From the NCBI GenBank assembly GCA_004022145.1, contig RCNU01000005.1: a stretch of 64,000 nt of DNA, one strand, 5' to 3'. The stretch's first letter is position 1. The number at the start of each line of letters is the position of its first letter. The position numbers and the translations under genes are program-made. Shown in pieces: positions 13,994-26,621 of this stretch. The stretch is from Paecilomyces variotii. Lineage: Eukaryota. The notes beneath the pieces are model-generated. The model saw nothing but the letters and a program-made list of their open reading frames with translations, did no database searches and was not told the origin of the DNA.

Positions 13994-16058
13994 ATGACGC
14001 TTGTTCAAGATCTAGCAACAGCAAATATTGAGCCATCGTTGAATGGCAATGGGATAGACCACGTCGTTCCTGCGCCTGCATTATACGATCTGAAAAATGC
14101 GCCAGTAACCGAAGTCAAGAGGATCCCTCAAGATTCTACAACAGAAGCTCCTGCAACCAAGCCGCGATTTGAACTTGAAGAACATCCCGTCGACCAGGTC
14201 AGAGATATCAAAGTTGGTGTGATTGGAGCTGGGTTGTCGGGCGTATTAGCGGGAGTGCTTCTGCCAGCGAAGCTGCCTGGTTTGGACCTACGAATCTATG
14301 ACAAGAATCCGGATGTGGTGAGTCCGTTTAATGCTTCGACAATTGCTCGTGGTTCAAAGCTAACGTGTGATAGGGTGGCACTTGGTATGCAGTAATAGTC
14401 CTTTGGCAATCGCAATATGTTACTCTAGCTAACAATGACGACGGTCAGGTTCGAAAATACCTATCCCGGCGTCAGATGCGATATTCCCGCCCATGTGTAC
14501 CAATCAGGATTCGAACCCAACACGCAATGGAGCGAGGAGTTTGCCCAAGGCAAAGAGATCAAGGAATACTGGCAAGGAGTTGCACGAAAGTACGACGTCT
14601 ACAAGTATTTGAAACTGAACCACCGAGTCGAAAGGGCAGAATGGCTGCCGGACGAGGGTAAGTGGAAAGTTACATTGAAGGATCTGAAGGAGGACAGAGT
14701 AAGCAGCACGTTGGCTAGTGGTTGTTGGTCTCCTCATCTGACGTGACTTGCAGGTGTATGAGGAGCTGCTGGATATCCTGATCGGAGCTATCGGCCATTT
14801 CAACGCCTGGAAGCTCCCGGACTATGAAGGAAGAGATCAATTCAAAGGAACGATCTTCCACTCTTCTAATTGGAACCACGACGTCGATCTCACCGGCAAG
14901 CGCATTGCCCTCATAGGAAATGGAGCATCAGGACTCCAGGTTCTCCCCTCGATCCAGCCCATTGCAGGTCATGTTGACCACTATGCTCGGAACCGAACAT
15001 GGGTGGTGGACTCGTTTGCCTCGACAGGTGTTCGCAGGCTCGAGCCGAATCTCTTCTCGAAAGAGCAACTGGAGTCTTTCAAGGATCCAGAAAAGTACCT
15101 GGAGTATCGACGAAGCGTCGAGAAGGGCTACTTCCAGAGATTCAGTGTCATCTTCAAAGACTCTCCCGAGAACAAGGAATTGCGCTCAAAATGGAGCAAG
15201 ATGATGCTAGATCGGGTGGTTGATAAGCCTGAGCTATCAGACAAGATCATCCCTGACTTTCCACCAAACTGTCGCCGACCGACTCCCGGTCCGGGATATC
15301 TGGAAGCATTGACCAAGGAGAACGTCAATTTCATCCAGACGCCTATCCAGCGCTTCACAGAAAAGGGAATCGTAACCAACGACGGCATCGAGCGGGAAGT
15401 CGACGTTATCATCTGCGCTACTGGTGCAAACGTCGACTTTGCTCCTCCGTTCTCTCTCATCGCCAACGGCATTGATCTGAAGACGGCATGGAAACCAGAA
15501 GGCCACTTCGGATTTCCATACACTTATCTCGGTCTCGCAACTCCCGGCTTCCCTAACTTGCTCTGGATCGGAGGCCCTGCTTCCTCTGGTTACAGCGGCT
15601 CTGTCCCAAACAACGTCGAAAACCAGATTACCTACCTCGCCAAAGTCATCCGCAAATTCCGCAGCCAAGGAATCAAGAGCCTGGCGCCATCGAAACAAGC
15701 CACGGACGACTACGTTGAGTACAGCGATCGGTTCTACCCTCGCACGGTCTGGACCGCCAACGATGACTCTTCCGAAGGAAACAAGAACTGCAGTTCGTGG
15801 TATAACGGTGGACGACCGGGTGGTCGCGTACATGGTATCTTCCCTGGAAGTGCAAGTCATGCCAACTATGTTCGGCGGGATCCCAGATGGGAAGATTTCG
15901 AGTACACGTATCTTAACCCTAGCGGGAATCGGTTTGCTTACTTTGGAAATGGGTGGACGAAGAGAGAGTTGGATCCCGAGGCGGAACTCACGCCCCATCT
16001 TACACTTCCTGAGAAGATTGATCTGAGATCATATATGGAGGGTTGGTGGGATGTATGA
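13994..16058 (+). CDS. FAD/NADPH-dependent Baeyer-Villiger/FMO-type monooxygenase, 4 exons, ~629 aa
   Basis: GAGLSG and GNGASG Rossmann motifs, GGTWFENTYPGVRCD, BVMO fingerprint FKGTIFHSSNW, ICATG. Exons 13994-14317, 14374-14384, 14449-14698, 14754-16058. Confidence 0.9.
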
Positions 16059-16478
16059 GTGGTCTGCGATAAGTTTACGAGTAAAGACAGATTATCTTAT
16101 ATGGAGAATATCAAATATTTCTTATATATAGGTAGCATGTATGTAGCATGTGCGATGAACCTCCCGACTTCCTCTTCTATCACATACCCCTTACAAGAAA
16201 ACTTGGCAATAGTTTATAGATGGGTTGGTAAATATGCCCATTGCTTATGGAATACTAAGACTCGCTGACTCGACCAACAACGCCAAATAGTATGATTTAA
16301 CTCTCTAGTACCGTATCTACTGCAGAGATATATTCCCTGCCTTTAGTCTCTGGTGAAGTACAGTAATTGACTGCCAGATGCGGGAGCTAAAATTCATAAA
16401 TAATCATTGCATCGTACTACTAACTCAAGTACTTCTGCACTTACTATGGTGTACTCCGACTTAGATGTAATTCTAGCT

Positions 16479-18745
16479 TTATCGATGGATACTACCAAAC
16501 CTCTGCCTATCTACGCCATGTTTCCGCTCAGAATACTGGCGCTCCAATCCAACATGCTCCGGTCTCGCCCTCCCGGGAAATCTCGGCTCGCCTCCGAGAC
16601 TTTCAAGGACGCATTTATTATTAGCAGTCAAGTCATCCATGACGTTGAGTTCGTGCTGGTTGAACCATTTCGGAATCACATATACCCGGAAGGGAATCAA
16701 TGCGATAATCAAAATAGGGAAACCTGATACTCTAGGTATTAATAGTGTTCCTGGAAGAATATATGTCATGGAAGAAATATTGTCAAGTACTGACCAATTG
16801 CAGCGATGGTTTGAGAAATGGCAACACAGGCAGCGACGTCTATCGCTTGACATGCGACCCATAGCAAGACTTTCCGCTTTCGCACGGTAAGTAGCGGTTC
16901 ATCTCGTTGGATGAATCGGTTTTCTCTCAGGACGAATAGAATTTTTAATAGAATCCCGTTCGTTTCAATCGATCCCCACTATATCATCATGCACGTTTGT
17001 TTTAGCAATCGTATAACGAGAAACATCTGGGAATGAGAGAGTCCTGGCCCCGTTATCTACGTACCCCGACAATGAAGAATACACCTGCAAAAACAGCGGA
17101 TGGCATCGTATGCAAGACTATCAGAAGTGGTCCAGTCATGGTACCGATGATAGCTAAAGCCATGAAGAAATGCGATATACGTTGCTCAACTACCGCAGTG
17201 GCTTTGACTACTGGTCGGCGGATCTCGGATCCTTCTCCTTCTTCAGTCGAGATGATCTGGACATCCGTCTCGTACACCGTGAGCGAGTCAGTATGTACGG
17301 GCGCCTGGAGCGTTTGTCAGTTTGTATATATATCTTGGAAACTCGTTGCTGTTGACGTCTTTGACATACTTGTGGAACTAAACCATTGGGCATCGGGATA
17401 CCGATGATGCCGGCTACAAAGGTCGTGCATCCCAATAAGAAGAAATCCCAATGAAAACCTGCTGGTTTCTTCAGTGGGTATTGGCGTGCTTGGGCAGTTA
17501 AGCTGCTGACGTTCTGTGTGGTGTCAGCACAAGAAGTCTCCGTAGTATGTACTCAATGGCTTCGAGACAAGGTAGAGTTACATGGTCATAGTAGAAAAGA
17601 AGCATAATCAGGAATCCGAAGGGCAATGCAGCAAAGACCCATTTGGCATCCAAATGCCAGAAATGGATTAACCAGCCTCGATCCTGCGATGGATAGAAGG
17701 CGCGAGAGACTGGCACCATAGAGATGTTCGCGGTTTGCAAACGACCGGGGAAATGTGCGAATCCGACCCAGAAGAGAGTTCCGATCTATACTTAGGTGTT
17801 GTGAGTTGAAGCCGTATTCCAAATCATGGCATTGTCGAAAAAGAGAACGTACCACATATGCGTAATCTGCCAGGAGCCCTCTGAGAGATGGTTTCCACAT
17901 GGTACTGGATCCTAGCTTCTCCAGTCCATAGATGGTTCCGAAATACAAGATGGCAATCATGCAACTCAAGTATCCGGCATTACTGCCCCTCGCATCGAAC
18001 TCGCTAGTTAATTCTTCGACGCCTTTGACTGTATATAATCCAGTTAAGCTGATATCTGCAAAAAAAATATTTTCCGACTGGTCTTACTTACTGCAGTAGA
18101 TTATACCCACGTACATGCCAAACGCTTCACTGGAGAAATCCGTCACATAGCGCATATAGTCACAAAGATTACACAATGAGACAATCCAGTGGAAGATTGC
18201 AGCCCAGATGCCCGTCCATGCCATGAAGCTGGGGTAAATAGAAGGCTCGTACTGTACAATGATCTCATAGATGGTATAATTGAACAGCGATATCAAACCG
18301 GTTATACCGACAATAGTCAAAGGCTGCGCTCCGAGAAGACTGAAAACGACAGCAGCGAGCGCGGATGAGAACAATGCTTCGTTAATGCCGAAGAACCCTC
18401 CTGTGCGACGGTCCATATCGAGGGTATAAGCGATGGCTGGGAGGATGCTGGAGTTGGGAAGTGAGCATTCCACGCTCTCCGCGGACATACAGAACCAATT
18501 GTAATGGTTAGGAAGGTCACGTACTTCACAAAATACATCCGGACCGTACTGGCAATCGTTCGGTAGGTGAGTGCATCCGTGATATCGCTCCAGTAATATG
18601 GTAAGCGCCTTCTCACATCATGATACATGCCTCGACCTATACAAAGCCACCGTATTCCTCTCCATCCATCCAGTCCCTCGTAGCCATAAGCTCTTTTGGG
18701 CTTGTCCCTTTGGGAGCGGGCTGAACTGTTCGAAGGGGACGTCAT
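16479..18745 (-). CDS. Bor1-like SLC4 (HCO3-/borate) anion exchanger, multi-exon
   Basis: DVRRRLPYYWSDITD, LPAIAYTLDM, QPLTIVGITG, FYYDH|NVSSLTAQARQYPLKKPAGFHWDFFLLG, NGLVPQ, VVEQRISH; CAACAATG start at 18745. Confidence 0.9.
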
Positions 18746-19471
18746 TGTTGACCAAGCGTCAGATCTCAACTACTGCTCTGGCATCGGATAATAGAATCGA
18801 AGACGACACAGAGACGAGATGGAAGTGGCGTGCAGAATGGTCTGCAGTGGACTTGATATTGTGACTGTCCTCTGGATATAGGTAGGCTAGGTTGAGGGGA
18901 ACGACTTTTTTTTATAGTCCTAATATGGAGCCAACTCGCTTGTCATTCTCTCTGGCCTCTCATTAGGCAAAATTAATACGGAACCAAGTCCCGGGTCCGT
19001 AGGTACGTGCACTACAATAGGAATATGGACTCTATAGAGCTGGATTCAATTGTGGTTTCAAGATCCCGATTCAATCATTCCCTTTGCTCGCGTGGCTGAT
19101 ATAAAAGGAGTCACTGGTGTAAACACTACCACAACGGATTGAAATCATTGACACATCTTCAAAGGCAGAGTTGCTTGGATCGAAGAGACTGAAGATGAAT
19201 CTCCATCCTGTTCTGCCCGGGCAGAAGATGACTAACTATCTCCATATCCGGGATGGAGATAGCTTGGCGCATTTGCCATCAACACAAGGAGGATCTTGGC
19301 ATCAGTAACATCATTCACTCTCGAAAGAGGGCTCTTCGGCCCAAGGGAAATTGAGAGTTAGTTCGTTTGGCTCGTAGCTATGCGCAGTGAATGCAGAAGT
19401 GGTGGTCATCGACACAAGATAGGCCCATATCAACCGGTTAAGTAATACAGTCGTTCTGTCTGTATCATACA

Positions 19472-21758
19472 ATGACCGCTATGGCGACCTCAGTGCCGAC
19501 ATGCAGACCCCCATCTGACGGAGAGCCATCTCGTGGTCCAACGTTGTTAGATCTCCTCAAAGAAGAGATTTCTGCCCAAATTAGCGCGCCAGCTTCGGAA
19601 CTTGACTCGCGAGATGGGCCATACTTACGAATTGAAGGCGTACTCTGCGGTTCACTGGACGACGTGCGCGAAAATGGGTTATCTGTTAACCAAAACGACC
19701 AGCGGCTGGTCCTGGTAAGGACTGCAGCTAATTTGGGATGGGCCTGTCTAATAGTGATTGCTAATATGAAGTCCAGGGATATCTCGCTTTCAAAAATGGA
19801 GAATTGATCCGCAATCCCATCCCCAAAGCATCGGTCCTGTTGGATTCCCAAGTAAGAAGGTTCTAAATATTCAAATGATCTCAGGCTGACAATTGCTCTA
19901 TAAGTGTCAGGTAGCGGAAGGAGAGGGTAAAGACAGACCGAATTGGAATCCACTGTCAACACCAGACTCCGGGCAAAGTGATGGTGGAGAGGGCTGCAAG
20001 AGGCGCAAAGTAGTTGGTGGCCTCCGGTTACAGAATCAAGGGAGTAACTCTGCGAGTGTCTCGGATGACGCAGCATCGGATTCTGGTTCTGGACATGAGC
20101 GCGGTGATGCCAGTGAAAACATATCTGTACGTCAGGTACTCAGTGATGTGACTCGCTTTCCTCTGCGGAAGCACAAGCGCAAGGTCGCTGGACCGGTGTT
20201 AGAACCAACCTCGGTGGATAGGCTCATAGCTGGAATATGGCGTCAGGTGCATTCGTCTGTACAGCTAAGTAGGCCTACGCTGGTATGTACACCCTGGAAA
20301 AAAGGCGATATTTCACCTCTAACACAGAGCAGCAGCAAAACACGGTTATTCGTTCTTATGGCTCATTGAGTAGTGAGGTCAGTTATCATCTGGTTCTTGA
20401 TGGATACAGATTCAGGCTCAGCAGTTCATTTATAGGACTTTCGAGAAGTCAGTAAGACGTGTTTGAGATACTATAATCAGAGCCAATCGTCCCGTGCGCT
20501 GGAAATGGTCGCACAGGCATATTGGGTTGAATGCTACGAAGGACGCATAGCTGCTGTGAGGACTGAAAACGAGGGATACTCGGCTACAGATGCTCACATG
20601 GCCGTCCTAGCAGAAGCCTGCGCTGCTCTTGGATGGAAGGAGAAGGACCTGAGAAATCGATTGTTCGTCTCATGATCAATGAGGACATGTCTGGGATGCT
20701 GACATGTCATATCAGAGCTATCTGGCGTGGCTATAAGGAGATCAAGGATGCCGGAGGATGGGCCTGTCTCATCTTTGCCAGCGCAGGTGTTTACCGCTTC
20801 TGCAAATACCGAAAAGGACATGATGAAGGCCTCTGGCCAAAGCTACAGAGTGTCCGGCACAGCGTCGAAGTTGCCGCCGACACTCTACATCCCGAGTGGC
20901 GGAACCTGGTCGATCTTATAGGACAAGAATCTCCTCGGAGGTATCATGGGAATCCACATCAATGGGTGACTATACGTTCCAAGCCTGCGATACCTATCGA
21001 GTTGACCTACAGCCATTTGCCGAATGGTTTCGATTATACGTTTATAGACGAGTGTATTCTGGACCGCAGTGCCTTCGGTGATGAAGATCCTCGTCGAATG
21101 CTCGGAGTAGACTCCGATACATGTCATATTTGCAAGCAACTGCAGTCGGATGATGTCCGTTTGAACCGTTGTTCTTGCTATCCTTCTCTGTTTGGGGCTC
21201 CTAAAAGCCCTGTGCCGGTGCAGATTTTTCATACGTCCACTGGAAAGAATAATGGCATCATTGCCCGTTGCGTAAGGATCCAAGCTGTCTCCATTGCTGA
21301 CGATATCTCGACTAACGGTGATATTAGAATTTCGAAAGAGGAACGGCTATTGGAGAGTTTGTGGGACTTGTCACCAAGGGAGTGCAAGGTATGGATGTCA
21401 TGGTTGGAGGTTCCCGTGAGAATACCTTCCAGATCTTCCAGGGTAAAATGGGTTCGTAAACTATTTATAAATGGATCCTATTCTGACAGTCCACTAATAT
21501 AATATACTTGCAGGCAACTTTACGCGATTCATAAATCATTCATGCTATCCTAATTGCCAGTTCCAGAAATTCTACTGGCGCGGCATTGAACGCATTATTG
21601 TTGTCTCCCGTGGTATAATAATGGGCTCTGAAATCACAGTCGACTACTCAGACCATTATTGGAAACAACTGGATAAGGTATGTCTTTGTGGCGAGCCATG
21701 CTGCCGGTTCTCGAACAGACAGGGACAGGAGTCGCGTATAAGGAGGAAAGATACATAG
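19472..21758 (+). CDS. Uncharacterised fungal SET-domain protein with Cys-rich pre-SET-like and post-SET segments, multi-exon
   Basis: Last exon reads GNFTRFINHSCYPNCQF...GSEITVDYSDHYWKQLDKVCLCGEPCCRF...TAG (21756-21758); upstream CHIC...CSC. GT-AG introns join ORFs 19472, 19893, 20463 and 20633; start codon less certain. Confidence 0.8.
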
Positions 21759-21837
21759 ATGAAGCCGAGTCTTGGAATAATTCATCTTAATCCTCTAGAC
21801 CGGTAGAGTTCACAACCGAGACGACCTTTCAAACGTT

Positions 21838-23307
21838 CTAATTCTCTTTCTGGAGCACATATTTTGGCGCCTCCTCCCCTTCCTTCCAGAAATACTGCGC
21901 CCCTGGATGCGTATCCGGCAACCTATTCTGCCCTGCTTTACCATATACATTCTCGCGGAACGTACCTCCCTTCACTGTATAATCATCCCAGAACAGCCCT
22001 CTCTTCCGCAATTCAGGTAGCAGATACGTGATGATATCCTCAAACGTCTCTGGGATACTAGCAGCGCTGAAATTGAAACCGTCCACATCGGCTACTTCAA
22101 CCCATTTCTCCAGCTGATCTGCCACTGTCTTTGCGCTGCCGATGATCTTGGGACCGTTACCGCCGAGCTTCAGGTACTCTGCGATGGTCTTCTTGTCCCA
22201 TTTCTTGCCTTCAGTTCCCGGAACTGTGCTAGCCCAGTGGTTGACCATGCTGCGGATCGCGGGCTGCTCGACGAAACGGAAGTCTTGGTCTTCGGGATAT
22301 TTGCTAAGATCGTAACCTGACCAGCCACCAAAGAGGGCCAGGGCACCTTCTTCGTCTCCATATGAAGCAATCTCTTCGAACTTGGCTTGTGCGGCTTCGT
22401 CCGTCTCCGCGACGATAGCCAGAACACCAGCGATGATCTTGATACTGGACGGATCGCGCCCAGCCTCCGCTGCCTGCTTGCGAATCGAGTCGACAGAGGG
22501 TCTCACGAGCTCGGGCGCATGGCCATTCAGGAAGATAGCCTCCGCATGCTTCGCAGCAAACGCCTTTCCAGCCGTAGACGTCCCCGCTTGAAGCAACAAC
22601 GGCGTCCGCTGAGGCGAAGGCTCAACGAGATGCGGTCCTGGAATCTTGAAGTACTTCCCTTCATGATTAATCTGGCGCACCGCATGAGGATCCGCATATC
22701 TCTTCTCGCTCTTCTCCACAGCTCCGTCCCTCCAAGACCCCTCCCACAACTTATACGTCACATTCAGATACTCATCTGCGATTCTATACCGCTCATCATG
22801 CTCAATCTGAGTGTCCAGTCCAAAATTCCTCGCCGCTGAATCCAGATACGACGTAACGATATTCCACCCCACGCGGCCACCGCTCAAGTGGTCAACGGTC
22901 GAGAAGCGACGCGCCAGCGCATACGGCGAATCATACGTCGTCGATGCAGTAATTCCAAATCCAATGCTCTGCGTCGCGGCCGCCAGGGCCGAGACGCTAT
23001 AAAGCGGATCAATTATAGGGAATTGCGTCCCGCCAGGAATCGTAGGATCAAGATTCGCAGGTCCCTTGTATACGTCGTAGCCGCCTAGGACATCTGCGAA
23101 GAAAATAGCGTGGAACTTCGCGGCTTCGAGCTTCTGCGCGATTGAGATCCAGTGCTGGATCGAGTTGTAGGAACTGCCTTTATCTTTGGGGTAGCGGTAT
23201 AGACCCGGGTTAAGGTGTGTGGGAGCTTGCATCGTGAAAGCATTCACGATGAGCTGCTTCTTAGCTGGTGATGAGGATGAGGATGAGGATGAGGATGAGG
23301 ATGCCAT
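21838..23307 (-). CDS. NtaA/SnaA/DszA (bacterial luciferase-like) FMNH2-dependent monooxygenase 1, intronless, 489 aa
   Basis: FFADVLGGYDVY, ARRFSTVDHLSGGRVGWNIVTS, HDERYRIADEY, KLWEGSW, PSPQRTPLLLQAGTS, DVDGFN, LLPELRKRGL. Confidence 0.93.
   Translation of the reverse strand: MASSSSSSSSSSSPAKKQLIVNAFTMQAPTHLNPGLYRYPKDKGSSYNSIQHWISIAQKLEAAKFHAIFFADVLGGYDVYKGPANLDPTIPGGTQFPIIDPLYSVSALAAATQSIGFGITASTTYDSPYALARRFSTVDHLSGGRVGWNIVTSYLDSAARNFGLDTQIEHDERYRIADEYLNVTYKLWEGSWRDGAVEKSEKRYADPHAVRQINHEGKYFKIPGPHLVEPSPQRTPLLLQAGTSTAGKAFAAKHAEAIFLNGHAPELVRPSVDSIRKQAAEAGRDPSSIKIIAGVLAIVAETDEAAQAKFEEIASYGDEEGALALFGGWSGYDLSKYPEDQDFRFVEQPAIRSMVNHWASTVPGTEGKKWDKKTIAEYLKLGGNGPKIIGSAKTVADQLEKWVEVADVDGFNFSAASIPETFEDIITYLLPELRKRGLFWDDYTVKGGTFRENVYGKAGQNRLPDTHPGAQYFWKEGEEAPKYVLQKEN
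23270..23303. repeat. (GATGAG)5 hexanucleotide repeat encoding the N-terminal poly-Ser of monooxygenase 1
   Basis: Read directly from the sequence. Confidence 0.9.
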
Positions 23308-24502
23308 TGTGAAGGGTATAATATTGTTTTGCTTATTTCTCAGTTGAATTGTCCCGGGTTCAATTGAAGAAAATACAAGAGAAAATGGAAATGGGAGCGA
23401 TGGCCGGACCCTCCTTGGAAGCCACGAAAGAGAAAAGAGAAAAGTCTAACAAGTTCCTCGTTCTGCTTTCCCTTTCTTTTTTCTTTGCGAAGTAAGATCC
23501 AGAGTACTTCTTCCCAGAAGCCCCTCCCCTCCGTCCACCCCTCCTTCGTGTCCCTTGTGCCCCTCACCCTACGCCTGGGAACTGGAACTGGAACTATACT
23601 ATGACCAGAAAAGGAAACAGATGCGCCGGAGAACTATACTAGGCCTCTCCATAATAATAATCACAGCCACAATTTCCTCAAGGCCGTTTTCTCTCCGTAC
23701 AGGTACAGTACATACCATACAAAAAACAAATCCTCCACCGCGGACATATTCCGACACGAAAAACCAAAATAGGTAAGGGACACGCGAAAGAAGATTATTC
23801 TACAGAGGAATTACAGATAGGAACGGTTCGAGGTGTCAATGCGTTGCTTCCGTGATAGGTTGGACATTGATAAAGCAAATACCGGGGTGCTATTGCGTCA
23901 GTGAACCCCGGAATCTCCTAACCATACATGAGCACTCTATGCAGTAACTAGTTAATGTTACCTACGGAGCTTCTAGACTAACTTTTATATAATTGATAAT
24001 TACAAGCTGTTTACTAATTAAGTGACTACTTTGAGGCGCGGAAGATGCCCGTGCGTAATGTTGCAAAAGGGGCTATTTTGAGGTGAAGTGAGGTATCATT
24101 GGTCTAGTCGTAGTATGTATTGTTGCACGGTGTCTAGATTCATCTAATGTTGATCGAAGATTAATCCGATTGATGATAAATACAAAATCTTGAGATCAGA
24201 CGACCTTTCATCGGAGATTAAGCAACGTTGGCGGTGGTGCAGTATCCGATTTCGGTGAGGAATTGTTTTGCAGGTCCAATCTACATGAGTTCAACTATGG
24301 AAATTTACGTGGAACATGTCTGGAATTAACGTTATTATACATCAGCACGAAGATTGCTAATGTATAGGTAAGACCACCGAAGTCAAATTATTCTATAGAC
24401 ATTTTAGTATCCATAGTCTATGGGTGTCATGTTTATAATCTAAATCAGACCGTGGCCGCCATATGTGTAAATGTCGTCTTCTTCTGGAATGGAAAATCCC
24501 AG

Positions 24503-25898
24503 TCACGCCTGTGAGTCAAGTCCAACAACAATCCTCTTCCCGGAAACGGAACCCTCTCGAAGAATATCCAGCGCGTCATTGATACCTGCAAGTCCACCCT
24601 TTGCGTGAACGACCTCTGGCAGTTTGATGCTATCTGTCTGTAAAAGGCCTTCGAGCCATGTGACCATGCTCTCACCCACAGCGGGAGAGGTATGGAAGAG
24701 CTTGATCGGCACAGTGTGGTAGTGAATCCGTGGATCTTGTTCCTTGGGAATGCCAGTCAATCCAAGAAGATGCGCCTGTGGACCGTCGTCTTCGCTACGG
24801 AATAGAGCATTCTGTAGCAGTGCCGCTGTGTCCTTGCCCACTATGTCGAGGCCAAAGCGTAGCTTACCACCCGTGACACCCCGAATGATTTCCACGGCAC
24901 GTTCAGTATTGTGTCGGTCTACTAGTAAATCTGCTCCGGCATCGAGGAGTTTCGCCCCGTGGCGCGCAACGTCTGCAACGCATATCACTTTAAGGCCGCA
25001 CAGTTTTGCGAGTTGTAGAGTGATATAACCAGTTGTAGTTGATGCTGTTATCTGTCAGTAGACTTTTCTATGCCAGTTTGCTAAGTTATAATGTCTCACC
25101 TCCCCAAATTGCCAGCCAATCACCGCGTTGAATCCGCTCTGATTCAGGCGCAGATGAAAAGCACTCTTTTCTGATATCCTCTGGAATGACGTTGATATTG
25201 GCGTCCTTCAGGACCTTGGGGAGATTCGGGCCTTTCGCACTTCCGGGAATAGTAGAGAAATCCAGGCCGAATGATACTCCCAAGGCCAAAGTCGAGGCCA
25301 CAAATGCCACTCCCAAAGATGCTGCCGCGTTTATCGACGTCGTCGAAGGTATCCGTGCTGCGTTGTAATGTGTTGCTACCGCATATTCCTGGAATGCGGC
25401 TTTCCGGATGTCTCTGTAGTCGGTCGATGGAACAAGGACGATATCTCCCACACGAACGCGCGAACTCTCATTGGATACCTGTACGACCACGCCAGCGAAG
25501 TCGCGGCCGTTGATCCAGGGCAAGGCGGGGATCCCGAAATTGAAAGCCCTATTGCTCGTTGCTCAGTGAGAATTCTTCAAAAGAAGTGCCGGCGAGTATA
25601 CATACGGCCCCTTCCAGTCGATCGGGTTCAACCCAACTGCAACTACCTTCACCAGAATCTCTCCATTGTGTATTAATGAGGGAATAGCGTGGTCCTCGAT
25701 CAATTTATACTTTTCTCGAGCAGCGTGAAGTAAAAGAACATTTTGTTTGCTCGTCTGCAATTTGGCGTCGATGGGACTGTTCGATCTTGTAGTATCTGTG
25801 CTGTCGCCTTGGCCTTCCACGAATATATGTCTATGGAATAGGACCTGCCCGTTCCCCTCGACTTCCTTGCACTGCAGGAAGGTTGATGTCGTCGACAT
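24503..25898 (-). CDS. MDR-superfamily NAD(P)H oxidoreductase (enoyl-reductase/quinone-reductase-like), 3 exons, ~427 aa
   Basis: GEILVKVVAVGLNPIDWK, GRDFAGVV, AAFQEYAV, IWG|ASTTG, VSGKRIVV. Exons 25898-25606, 25548-25100, 25044-24503. Confidence 0.88.
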
Positions 25899-26597
25899 TG
25901 TACCTGCTGCTATCAATGGTCTGCGCAATGTACACCACCAAAGAGAAGAGGTATCGGCGCGCTTTGAAGAGAAGGAAAATACTGTATTATACGAGATAAT
26001 AGAATCTGCAAAGTAATCCGGGTCTCAGGAACCAGCCCGAAATCCCACGCTTATCGGGATTATTCGCCATTGATTACGGATCTGAGGCACAGCAGGGCAT
26101 TACAAAACCCGAACCGTGCTTCGCCGGAGATGATTGGGCTTGAGAGGAGACGATTCAAGTGGAAACTCAGAATACGGCATGTTTTGGTACTTCGTGTTAG
26201 TATATCGGATTCGCAGCTGATGGTTGATATGCTCATGGCGGGGTCGTATGGCGTGATAGATCGATGTCATTGGAGGGGTAGCATGAAGAAACAGGAGGGG
26301 AATAGAAGAGTATCGAGCGGTTCAGTCGCTGTGTTACGCATTCCAACGCTCTTTTATCATCTTCAGTTGCTTGGGTTCTTCAGGGGTAGCGATCGTTCTT
26401 TCCAGACAGGACACTGGGTTATTACGGCGTAACAGGGGATACATTTGTCGCAGAATCCATTTTCATTTGCGACTCTACTCCAGACGCATCGATGTAACCA
26501 AGGGGGGCTGGTGGATGGACAACGTTGATTATCGTTGCCCGTTTAGCCACAGGATGCTGATGTGATTGCGGGTTCGGATGACGGGAGATTTTAACAT

Positions 26598-26621
26598 TCT
26601 CTCTCTCTCTCTCTCTCTCTC
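26598..26621. repeat. (TC)12 microsatellite in the divergent MDR/monooxygenase 2 promoter
   Basis: Read directly from the sequence. Confidence 0.9.

Noticed and set aside
16479-21758. Fragmented ORFs of the Bor1-like and SET genes as pseudogenes
   Set aside because: The breaks I checked coincide with GT-AG introns that restore the reading frame
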